64,000 nt of DNA from an uncultured Spirochaetaceae bacterium (GTDB taxonomy: Bacteria; Spirochaetota; Spirochaetia; SZUA-6; DRHE01): assembly GCA_964389305.1 (NCBI GenBank), contig CAYMEK010000007.1, forward strand, positions 12,911-76,910, written 5' to 3'. Below, one piece after another: positions 34,390 through 42,215 of this stretch. Position 1 is the first letter of the stretch; every line of letters begins with the position of its first letter. A model generated the notes under the pieces. It ran no database searches, was not told the origin of the DNA, and was given only the letters and a program-made list of their open reading frames with translations. Position numbers and translations under genes: made by a program.

Positions 34390-36624
34390 CTAGCGCACCC
34401 GGCCCGTTTGCACCTTGTCAGTGCCGACCGGTTTCCCGGCGCATTCTAGCGGCGCTCCTTCGATCAGCACCCGGAAATCGTTCACCTCGATGGGAATGCT
34501 GAAAAACTCCTCGATATCGATCTCCGGCGCCGAAGCGGGTTGCTCCTCCCGGGAAACAGCCTGCGCCCCGGCCTGTCCCTCCCGGGAAGCCGCCTGCGTC
34601 CCCGCCAGCCGTACCGGCTCGCCCGGCTGGGCATGGTCGGCGAAGAGCACCTCCACGGTCTTGCCGTCCTGAGCGGCCAGGAGCATACCCTGGCTCTCCA
34701 CCCCCCGCAGGCGGGCGGTCTTGAGGTTGGTCACCATGATCACGTTGCGGTCGAGCAGCTCCTCGGGCCGGTAGTAGGGTACCAGCCCGGATACGATCCT
34801 GCGAGTCTCCCCGCCGAGATCGACGGTTTCCACGTACAGCTTATCCGCCCCGGGATGTTTCTCTACCTCGATTACTCTGGCAACTCTCAGCTCGACCCGA
34901 GAGCGGAACTTTTGCTTCAGCGCCGATTCCTCCGCCATATCAACTCCTCCGGAATACTTCCGTCTGAAATCCTCAATTACCTCATCCTCGAGCCGGTTGA
35001 ACAGCAGCTCGGGAGCCTTAACCTCAGAGATTCCCGTGCGCACTCTGAGCTTGTCGAAACCGGAGCGCCGGCAGCCGAGGAAGCCGTTGATCCTGTCCGC
35101 AGTCTCCGGGAGATAAGGGTGGATGAGGATCGCCAGGTCACGAATCAGATACACCAGATCCCGGAGCAGCCCCGCCGCCTTTAGAGGCTCCTCTCCGACT
35201 ACCTTCCAGGGCTCTTCATCCTGGAATCGCTTGTTGCCGATCGAGGACAGAGCGAGGATGCCCCGCAGGGCGTCTCGCAGTTCGATCCGCTCGAAGGCGG
35301 CGAGTATCTCGCCTTCCGATTGCTCGACTGCGCTCCAGAAACTCCGGGAGGCAACCTCGGCCTTGCCGGCTTCCGTTTCGGCGGCCGGCTGCTCCTCGAC
35401 CTCTGGAAGGACGCCGTGGAAGTAGCGGGCGAGGAAAGTGAGGGTTCGATTGACCAGGTTGGCCAGGTTGCCGATCAGCTCGCCATTGACCTTCTCCTGG
35501 AAATCTTTCCACGTGAACAGTGAGTCGGATTTCTCCGGACGGTTGTAGAAAAGATAAAAGCGCCAAACATCTGCCGGAATACCCGACTGCACCGCGTCGT
35601 TGCCGAACACGCCGATGCCCTTGCTCTTAGAGAACTTGCCGCTCTCGTAATTCAGGTACTCGCTGGAGGACATGGTGGTGAGCAGCGTCCAGGGCTCCCC
35701 AGAGCCGATCAGAGAGGAGGGAAAGATCACGGTGTGAAACGGGATGTTGTCCTTGCCGATGAACTGGACCAGCTTCACCTGCTCGGGATTCTGCCACCAT
35801 CGACGCCAATCCTCGGTCAGGTTGGCGGTTATCGAGATGTAGCCGATCGGGGCGTCAAACCAGACGTAGAATACCTTGTCTTCGAACGCCTCCTTGGGAA
35901 CCGGGATACCCCATTTCAAGTCGCGGGTGATGGCCCGCTCGTGCAGTCCGTCCCGGATCCAGGCCTGGGTCATCTGCACGGCATTGCGGGCCCAGGCACC
36001 CTCGACCGAAGCTCTGTCCAGCCAGGGCTTGAGCCGGGGCGCAATGGCCGGCAGATCTATGTACAGGTGACGCGTCTTCCTGACCACCGGGACGGCCCCG
36101 CACACGCCGCAGCGAGGATCCAGCAGATCCGTCGGATCGAGAAGCTTGCCGCAATTCTCGCACTGGTCGCCCCGGGCTTCCGGGTAGCCGCAGCTAGGGC
36201 ATCGTCCCCGCACGTAGCGGTCGGCCAGAAAACGCTGGTCGTTTTCACAATAGGTCTGCTCTACCGTTTTTTCCTTTATATAACCGTTCTTATCCAGACC
36301 GAGGAAGATCGACTGGGTAATCTCTGTGTGCTTGGGAGTGGAGGTCCGGCCGAAGCGGTCGAAGGATATGTTGAACCACTGGTAGACCTTGGCATGCACT
36401 TCGTAGTAGCGGTCGCAGAGCTCCTTGGGACTGATTCCTTCCTCCAGCGCCCGAGTCTCCGTAGCCGTGCCGTACTCGTCGGTTCCGCAGATATACAGAG
36501 TTTCATAGCCCCGCAGACGGCAGTAACGGGCATAGACGTCTGCCGAAAGCACCTGGATGAGATTTCCCAGATGCGGAATGTTGTTCACGTAGGGCAGAGC
36601 GGAGGTGATAAGGATCTTTTCCAT
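34390..36624 (-). CDS. metG: Methionyl-tRNA synthetase with C-terminal tRNA-binding (Trbp111/EMAPII-like) domain
   Basis: Trimmed to MEKILITSALPYVNNIPHLGNL (HIGH region). Zinc knuckles CPSCG...CENCG, KFSKS (KMSKS) and a C-terminal OB region KHPGADKLYVETVDLGGE. Confidence 0.95.
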   Translation of the reverse strand: MEKILITSALPYVNNIPHLGNLIQVLSADVYARYCRLRGYETLYICGTDEYGTATETRALEEGISPKELCDRYYEVHAKVYQWFNISFDRFGRTSTPKHTEITQSIFLGLDKNGYIKEKTVEQTYCENDQRFLADRYVRGRCPSCGYPEARGDQCENCGKLLDPTDLLDPRCGVCGAVPVVRKTRHLYIDLPAIAPRLKPWLDRASVEGAWARNAVQMTQAWIRDGLHERAITRDLKWGIPVPKEAFEDKVFYVWFDAPIGYISITANLTEDWRRWWQNPEQVKLVQFIGKDNIPFHTVIFPSSLIGSGEPWTLLTTMSSSEYLNYESGKFSKSKGIGVFGNDAVQSGIPADVWRFYLFYNRPEKSDSLFTWKDFQEKVNGELIGNLANLVNRTLTFLARYFHGVLPEVEEQPAAETEAGKAEVASRSFWSAVEQSEGEILAAFERIELRDALRGILALSSIGNKRFQDEEPWKVVGEEPLKAAGLLRDLVYLIRDLAILIHPYLPETADRINGFLGCRRSGFDKLRVRTGISEVKAPELLFNRLEDEVIEDFRRKYSGGVDMAEESALKQKFRSRVELRVARVIEVEKHPGADKLYVETVDLGGETRRIVSGLVPYYRPEELLDRNVIMVTNLKTARLRGVESQGMLLAAQDGKTVEVLFADHAQPGEPVRLAGTQAASREGQAGAQAVSREEQPASAPEIDIEEFFSIPIEVNDFRVLIEGAPLECAGKPVGTDKVQTGRVR

Positions 36625-36634
36625 ACGTAGGGCT

Positions 36635-36664
36635 ACTATACGGGTATGCTCCACCGGGCGTCAA
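36635..36664 (-). promoter_or_regulatory. Candidate sigma70 promoter abutting the metG start
   Basis: Minus strand reads TTGACG (36664-36659), 18-nt spacer, TATAGT (36640-36635), then 10 nt with no Shine-Dalgarno before the ATG at 36624. Confidence 0.5.
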
Positions 36665-36787
36665 GCGCGCTGCGGTTCCCCGGATGGGGGCGGCGCCGTA
36701 TTGGCGGAGTGAGGAATGGGGATGAGCCTGAGAGGGTGGTAGCGTACAGAAAGGCCTCGGCTGCAGGGTACCGCCGGATCGAGCCTG

Positions 36788-37756
36788 TCAGCTTTCCCCC
36801 CGGCGCCTCAGCAGCACCGCATAGATGGACACCGAGACCATGATGATCAACCCGTAGATGACCTGGATCCAGAAGCCGCTCAGGCCGATGGCCACAATGC
36901 CGGCCTCCAGGCTGCCGATGATCAATGCGCCGGCGAAGGTTCCTATGATCGTGCCCATGCCGCCGAAAACCGAGGTGCCGCCGATAAAGACCGCCGCCAG
37001 CGTGGTCAGCAGATATCCCTGGCCCTGGCTGGGCCAAAAATAGGTAACCTCCAGAGTGGACAGCACGCCGGCAAAGGCGGAGAAAACGCCCATCTGCATG
37101 AAAACGATCGACTTGACCCTCTTGACATTGATCCCCATCATGAGGGCGCTCGCCTCGTTGTCCCCGACGAACAGCGCGTGGGAGCCGAATTTGTGCCGTT
37201 TCAGCAACAGCCAGAAAACGACCGCGAGGCCGATGAACCACAGAAACTGCGCCGGGATAACGCCTCCCAGCCTGCCCACACAGATATGGTAAAAAACGGT
37301 CTCTTTGGCTTCCACCAGGGGAATACCCTTGCCCTGGGCGCAGACATTGACCAGCCCGCGGAAGAAAAACATGGTGCCGATCGTGGCTACCAGGGAGGGG
37401 ATCCGTACCTGGACGATCAGGAAGGCGTTGAGAGCGCCGGCGAGCAGCCCGACAACCAGGCAGGCCAGCAGCGCCAGCAGGATGTCGCCGGTCCACACGA
37501 ATACTTTGCCGAAGATCCAGGCCGAGAAGGCCAGCACGGACGGAAAAGACAGATCCATCTGACCGAGCACCACCACCAGGGTTATGGACAGGGCCATGAT
37601 CCCGAAGAAGGGGATGGTGGACATGAAGGATGAGTAGATGTCGAATCTGAAGAACACGCTCGGATTGCCGATGATGAAGATCGTGTAGACAATGACCAGA
37701 ACGGCCAGAATGCTCAACTCGAGTCGCAGCTCACGGATTTTGGCGGATTTGAACAT
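36788..37756 (-). CDS. Sugar-type (ribose/CUT2-like) ABC transporter permease
   Basis: 322 aa polytopic protein, downstream of the ATPase and SBP genes. Confidence 0.85.
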   Translation of the reverse strand: MFKSAKIRELRLELSILAVLVIVYTIFIIGNPSVFFRFDIYSSFMSTIPFFGIMALSITLVVVLGQMDLSFPSVLAFSAWIFGKVFVWTGDILLALLACLVVGLLAGALNAFLIVQVRIPSLVATIGTMFFFRGLVNVCAQGKGIPLVEAKETVFYHICVGRLGGVIPAQFLWFIGLAVVFWLLLKRHKFGSHALFVGDNEASALMMGINVKRVKSIVFMQMGVFSAFAGVLSTLEVTYFWPSQGQGYLLTTLAAVFIGGTSVFGGMGTIIGTFAGALIIGSLEAGIVAIGLSGFWIQVIYGLIIMVSVSIYAVLLRRRGES

Positions 37757-37827
37757 AATGAATCCTCACAATAGAACGGACTCCCCGCGCCGTTATCGGG
37801 GCGGGGAGTCCGGAGATGACTCGGGTA

Positions 37828-38625
37828 TCAAGTCAGCCTGCCGGTCCTGGCGAGCTGAATCATCTTTTCGACCAGATCGTCCTGGGAGATGTCCTTTTTC
37901 AGGAGCTCTCCGGCGATCTGTCCCCGATCCAGGATGACGAACCGGTCTGCTACCGGATACACGTAGTAGATGTTGTGGCTGATGAAGACGGCCGATTTCC
38001 CCTGCTTCTTGATGTCCAGCACGAAGTCCAGCACTTTGCGCGTTTCCGACAGGGACAGCCCCATGGTGGGCTCGTCCAGGATGATCAGATCGGCGTCGAA
38101 GTACAGAGCGCGGCCGATGGCCACTCCCTGCTTTTCTCCTCCCGACAGCGCCATCACCACCGATTCGGTGGTGATGGCCTTGGAAGTAAAGCCTATCTGC
38201 TCCCGCAGCATCGTCTGCGTCTGGTGCTTCTGATCCTTGACTTTCAGGAAGCCCATAGGATAAACGAGCTCCCGTCCGGCGAACATATTCCGCCACAGGG
38301 TCTGCTGATCGCCCAGGGCCCGCTCTTGATATACGGTCTCGATGCCGAGCTGCCGGGAGCGCCTGACCGAATGCAGGGTGATTTTGTATCCCTTGTAGTA
38401 GATGTCGCCGCTGTCGGGCCGGTGCACCCCGGTGATGAGCTTGATCAGGGTGGACTTGCCGGCGCCGTTGTCGCCGACCAGGCCCACGATCTCATTGTTA
38501 CCGATTTCGAAATCGATGCCGTGAAGGGCAGTGACTTCGCCGAAGGACTTGCTGATCCCCTTCATGGACAGCAGGGCTGCTTCTGCCCGGCTCTTTTCTC
38601 GGGAAACCGCCGGATCCTCAGCCAT
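37828..38625 (-). CDS. ABC transporter ATP-binding protein, single-cassette sugar type
   Basis: ORF 37828..38859 trimmed to MAEDPAV (25 nt after the SBP stop). Walker A GDNGAGKST, signature LSGGEKQG, Walker B LIILDEPT. Confidence 0.9.
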   Translation of the reverse strand: MAEDPAVSREKSRAEAALLSMKGISKSFGEVTALHGIDFEIGNNEIVGLVGDNGAGKSTLIKLITGVHRPDSGDIYYKGYKITLHSVRRSRQLGIETVYQERALGDQQTLWRNMFAGRELVYPMGFLKVKDQKHQTQTMLREQIGFTSKAITTESVVMALSGGEKQGVAIGRALYFDADLIILDEPTMGLSLSETRKVLDFVLDIKKQGKSAVFISHNIYYVYPVADRFVILDRGQIAGELLKKDISQDDLVEKMIQLARTGRLT

Positions 38626-38650
38626 CTCCTTTTCCTCTCTCTTTCTCGCT

Positions 38651-39667
38651 TTAGCGTATACCCTGCTCGGCCAGAGGGGCGACAAAATCGATGTTGCTGG
38701 CATCGATGATGGCCGCTCCGGTGTCGATGTGCAGGCCGGCAAAGCCGTACTTGACCGTAAGGCAGGCCTGCACGATGGGTAGATAGCCCTGCAGATAGGG
38801 CTGCTGATCGAGAACCGCTCCCACGTAGCCCTCCTTGATGGCCTCGGCCGTGGCTGCACTGAGGTCGAAGCCGGCTCCGAAGATCTCGCCCGGCTTCTTT
38901 CCGGCCGCGCGCATGTAAGTGCCCATGGTGGCGGTGAGCGCGCCGTGGTCGGTGATAATCATCTTTACGTCCGGGTTGGCCGCGATGTAACTGGCGACGA
39001 CCGGTGTGCCCAGGGTGGCGTCGCTGTTGACCGCGTCGCTGATCTCCAGGTAGTCCACCTTGACCCCCAACTCCTTCAGGGCGTCGATGCAGCCCTTGGT
39101 GCGCAGCCCGCGGGTCTCCTGGCCGAGCAGGCCCCAAACCAGGGCTTTGTCGCCGGCCTTCAGCTTGGCCCTGGCGGCGGCTCCTTTGGCCAGCATGTAG
39201 CCGGAGGGGTAAAGCTCCTGTCCCACGTAGCCGAAGCCCTTGTCTTTGTACTTCTCCTCGATGGCCGGCAGGGTGGTGTTCTGGCTGGTGACCACGATTC
39301 CTTTGGCCTCGGCTTCATCCACCAGCGGGGCGAAAGCGGCCACGCCGGGATGGCCCATGATGCAGATGGCGTCCGGCCTCTGGGCTACGGCATCCTTGAA
39401 CTGAGCCACCATCCGGTCGGGCAGCCAGCCGGACCACACGTAGTCCACCTGGCAGCCAAGATCGTACTGGGCGGCCCGGGCGCCGTTATAGACTACCGAG
39501 GCGAAGGGTCCTCCTTCGCTTCCGCCGGGAAAGAAGACGATATGCACATCCGCGAAGTGCTTCTGCCCGGCCTTCATGGCCTCCCCTTCCGGGGTGCCTT
39601 CGGCGAATAGGCCCACCGAGAGTCCCAGAAGGGCCAACAACGATACTAGCACGACAAGCTTTTTCAT
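38651..39667 (-). CDS. Sugar ABC transporter substrate-binding protein (PBP type I)
   Basis: 338 aa with signal peptide MKKLVVLVSLLALLGLSVGLFA and AAGGAGGAG RBS. Confidence 0.85.
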   Translation of the reverse strand: MKKLVVLVSLLALLGLSVGLFAEGTPEGEAMKAGQKHFADVHIVFFPGGSEGGPFASVVYNGARAAQYDLGCQVDYVWSGWLPDRMVAQFKDAVAQRPDAICIMGHPGVAAFAPLVDEAEAKGIVVTSQNTTLPAIEEKYKDKGFGYVGQELYPSGYMLAKGAAARAKLKAGDKALVWGLLGQETRGLRTKGCIDALKELGVKVDYLEISDAVNSDATLGTPVVASYIAANPDVKMIITDHGALTATMGTYMRAAGKKPGEIFGAGFDLSAATAEAIKEGYVGAVLDQQPYLQGYLPIVQACLTVKYGFAGLHIDTGAAIIDASNIDFVAPLAEQGIR

Positions 39668-39751
39668 TTTCTCCTCCTTACTTTAGCTTGTTTCAACGGG
39701 ATAATAAAGAGAAAAATTTACCTGTAAGCCTCACCTCCTTCCAGCACAACT

Positions 39752-40711
39752 CTATTGCTTCTTCGTAACCAGCTTTCTCATCTGCTCGGAATAGCTGTTC
39801 ACATTGTGCTGATCCACGAAGACGATACCCGTATCGATGTTCTCGGGGATCGGCTCTCCTCGGACCGCCTTCAGAAGCAGCTCCAGGGCCAGCCAGCCTA
39901 TGGTGTAGGTACGCTGCACGATGCAGAACCGGATATAGCCTTCCCGGATTCCCTTCAGCGTGTCTTTGAGATCGTCGAATCCGCCCACGATCACGTCGTT
40001 GTTGCCCATCCCTTTGACCACGATTCCAGCCGCCGGAGCTCCGTAAGCGGAAACACCACAGATGCCTTTCAAGGCCGGGTATTGCTCGAACAGGGACTCG
40101 GTCTTGTTCACCGCCAGCGCGTAGTCACCCCGTATATCCTCCACGGCCACCAGTGAGATCCCGGTGGAGGTGTCGGCGATCGCTTGGCGGATCCCTGCGG
40201 TTCTGAGGTTAAGGTTGAGCGTTTCCAGCCCGCCCTGCAGCACGGCGATTTCCCCCTCGTAGTCCATCAACTCCGCCATCCGCTTTCCGGCTTCGTATCC
40301 AGCCTGGAAGTTGTTGGTACCCACGTAGGCCAGGGCCTTGGTGGAGGGAGCGGGGGCGTCGAACGTGATCACCTTGATGCCTGCCTCTATTGCCTTGTCT
40401 ATGATCGAAACCAGACCGGCGTCGTCGAGAGCCGAGATGGCGATGCCGTCTACCTTCTGGGCGATCAGGTCTTCGATGATCTTCACCTGCAGGGACAGCT
40501 CGAATTTGGGCGGGCTGATCATCTCCACGTAAACGTCATACTCGGCGGCTGCGTCTTTGAACCCCTCATAGCAGGGGTCGTAGTAGGGATGAACCCCCTT
40601 GGGCACCATGATGAATATCGGCTTGGAGCGTGTCTCCACCTGGCCGTTGGCCCCTGTTTCGGCGACGGCCAACAGGGACAGACCGAAAATGAGTACTGCG
40701 GCGCGTTTCAT
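39752..40711 (-). CDS. Second periplasmic sugar-binding protein (PBP type I / LacI-like fold)
   Basis: 319 aa with signal peptide MKRAAVLIFGLSLLAVA. Lies directly downstream of the candidate sigma54 promoter. Confidence 0.8.
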   Translation of the reverse strand: MKRAAVLIFGLSLLAVAETGANGQVETRSKPIFIMVPKGVHPYYDPCYEGFKDAAAEYDVYVEMISPPKFELSLQVKIIEDLIAQKVDGIAISALDDAGLVSIIDKAIEAGIKVITFDAPAPSTKALAYVGTNNFQAGYEAGKRMAELMDYEGEIAVLQGGLETLNLNLRTAGIRQAIADTSTGISLVAVEDIRGDYALAVNKTESLFEQYPALKGICGVSAYGAPAAGIVVKGMGNNDVIVGGFDDLKDTLKGIREGYIRFCIVQRTYTIGWLALELLLKAVRGEPIPENIDTGIVFVDQHNVNSYSEQMRKLVTKKQ

Positions 40712-40732
40712 CGAGAGATCCGCCGATCATGT

Positions 40733-40748
40733 TGCAAGATATGGACCA
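40733..40748 (-). promoter_or_regulatory. Candidate sigma54 (-24/-12) promoter
   Basis: Minus strand reads TGGTCCATATCTTGCA, with GG and GC separated by exactly 10 nt as in TGGCACG-N4-TTGCW. The GC lies about 23 nt upstream of the ATG at 40711. A sigma54-dependent activator is encoded immediately upstream. Confidence 0.5.
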
Positions 40749-40847
40749 GCCGCTCAGGCGGACGGCAATTTCTGCTATGTGCTTATGGTGCGGTCAGTTA
40801 GGAGAGCACGAAGGGCATCAGGACACGAAGGCCGGCACTGCCCGGGA

Positions 40848-40882
40848 TTACCCATTTACCCAAAACGTAAACATCTGGGTAA
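40848..40882. promoter_or_regulatory. Candidate enhancer/UAS: TTACCCA x2 direct plus inverted TGGGTAA
   Basis: TTACCCA at 40848-40854 and 40856-40862, and TGGGTAA at 40876-40882 (inverted repeat with a 13-nt spacer). About 110-150 bp upstream of the sigma54 motif. Confidence 0.35.
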
Positions 40883-40901
40883 AAATGTATAAACTCAAAA
40901 G

Positions 40902-42215
40902 TCAGCCGATCGAATATTTCTTCATCTTGTTGTACAGCGTTTTCCGGCTGATTTTCAACGCTTTTGCCGCCAGGGACCTGTTGAAGGAGTTGCGGGACAG
41001 CGCTTCCAATATCGCCTTGCGCTCCACCTCGCCGACCATCGATAGGCTCCCGACGGCGTCGCGGTCCAGGCCCAAATCTCCCGGCAGCAGTACCTTCTTG
41101 GCTCCGCACAGGACGAGTGCCGATTCGATGACGTGCTTCAGCTCGCGAACATTGCCCGGCCAGGAGTAGCTCTTGAGATAGCGAATCGTTTCCGAGGGAA
41201 GCTCGACTCTCTCCCTCTTGTAGAGCCTGGTGTAGAGGTCCTTGAAGTGCTGGGCCAGAGGCTCGATATCTTCCAGCCGTTGACGCAGCGGAGGGAGTTC
41301 TATCTTGATACCGTTCAGGCGATAGTACAGGTCTTCCCGAAAGTCGTTGTGCCTGATCTTCTCCTTCAGATCTTGATTGGTGGAGGCAACGACTCTGGCC
41401 TTGAGCGGGATCGAAGTAATGCCGCCTAGGCGCTCGAAGCTCTTCTCCTCCAGCACCCGGAGCAGTTTCGCCTGTAGCTGCAGTCCCATGTCTCCTATCT
41501 CGTCGAGAAATACGAATCCGCTGCCCGCAATCTCGAACTTGCCCGGCTTGGCCTGGACGGCGCCCGAGAAAGAACCCTTCTCGAAACCGAACAGCTCGCT
41601 CTCCAGCAGCTCGCAGGGGATCGCGGCGCAGTTGATGCCGACGTAAGGGCTGCCGCTGCGTACTCCCCGGCTGTGAATCATACGGGCCACCAGCTCCTTG
41701 CCGGTCCCGCTTTCGCCAACGATGAGCACGGGTATATCCTTGTCCTTGATTTTATCGATGACGCTCACCACCTCGGCCATCTTGCGGTCCCGATACACGA
41801 GCTGCAGCTCTCCCGCCTCGCTGGCCCGATCGCCGCCGGCGGTGGTTGTCCGGCCGAAGAAGCGGTCGGCGATCTCCACGATGTCCTTGTTGTCGAAGGG
41901 CTTCCTGATGTAGTCCGCCGCGCCCATCTTCATAGCGCACACGGCGGTTTCGATCGTGGCATAGGCGGTGATGATCACCACCTTGACGCGGCTGGTATCG
42001 ATTCTTTTTACAATCTCCACGCCGTCCAGATCCGGCAGCCTTAGATCGACGAAGGCGAGCCTGAAGTGGCCCGAGCGGAGCTTCTCGACCGCCTTCAGGC
42101 CGCACTCCTCGATATCGACCGGATATCCCTTGAGGGATAAAGCCTTGGCAATGCCCTCGCGCATCCCCTGCTCGTCGTCGGCGACCAGGATGTTAAAGCT
42201 GTCTTTGGAGACCAA
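40902..42215 (-). CDS. Sigma54-dependent response regulator (NtrC family: REC + AAA+ + Fis-type HTH)
   Basis: 437 aa with a TTG start and AGGAGG RBS. REC NILVADDE...DLRLPDLDG, Walker A GESGTGKE, GAFTGA-like variant GSFSGA, ESELFG, C-terminal HTH. Confidence 0.9.
   Translation of the reverse strand: MVSKDSFNILVADDEQGMREGIAKALSLKGYPVDIEECGLKAVEKLRSGHFRLAFVDLRLPDLDGVEIVKRIDTSRVKVVIITAYATIETAVCAMKMGAADYIRKPFDNKDIVEIADRFFGRTTTAGGDRASEAGELQLVYRDRKMAEVVSVIDKIKDKDIPVLIVGESGTGKELVARMIHSRGVRSGSPYVGINCAAIPCELLESELFGFEKGSFSGAVQAKPGKFEIAGSGFVFLDEIGDMGLQLQAKLLRVLEEKSFERLGGITSIPLKARVVASTNQDLKEKIRHNDFREDLYYRLNGIKIELPPLRQRLEDIEPLAQHFKDLYTRLYKRERVELPSETIRYLKSYSWPGNVRELKHVIESALVLCGAKKVLLPGDLGLDRDAVGSLSMVGEVERKAILEALSRNSFNRSLAAKALKISRKTLYNKMKKYSIG

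Noticed and set aside
36625-36787. T-box or other leader RNA upstream of metG
   Set aside because: Only 163 bp are available, and a good TTGACG-18-TATAGT promoter ends 10 nt before the ATG, which leaves no room for a leader. No specifier or T-box-like conserved sequence was recognised.
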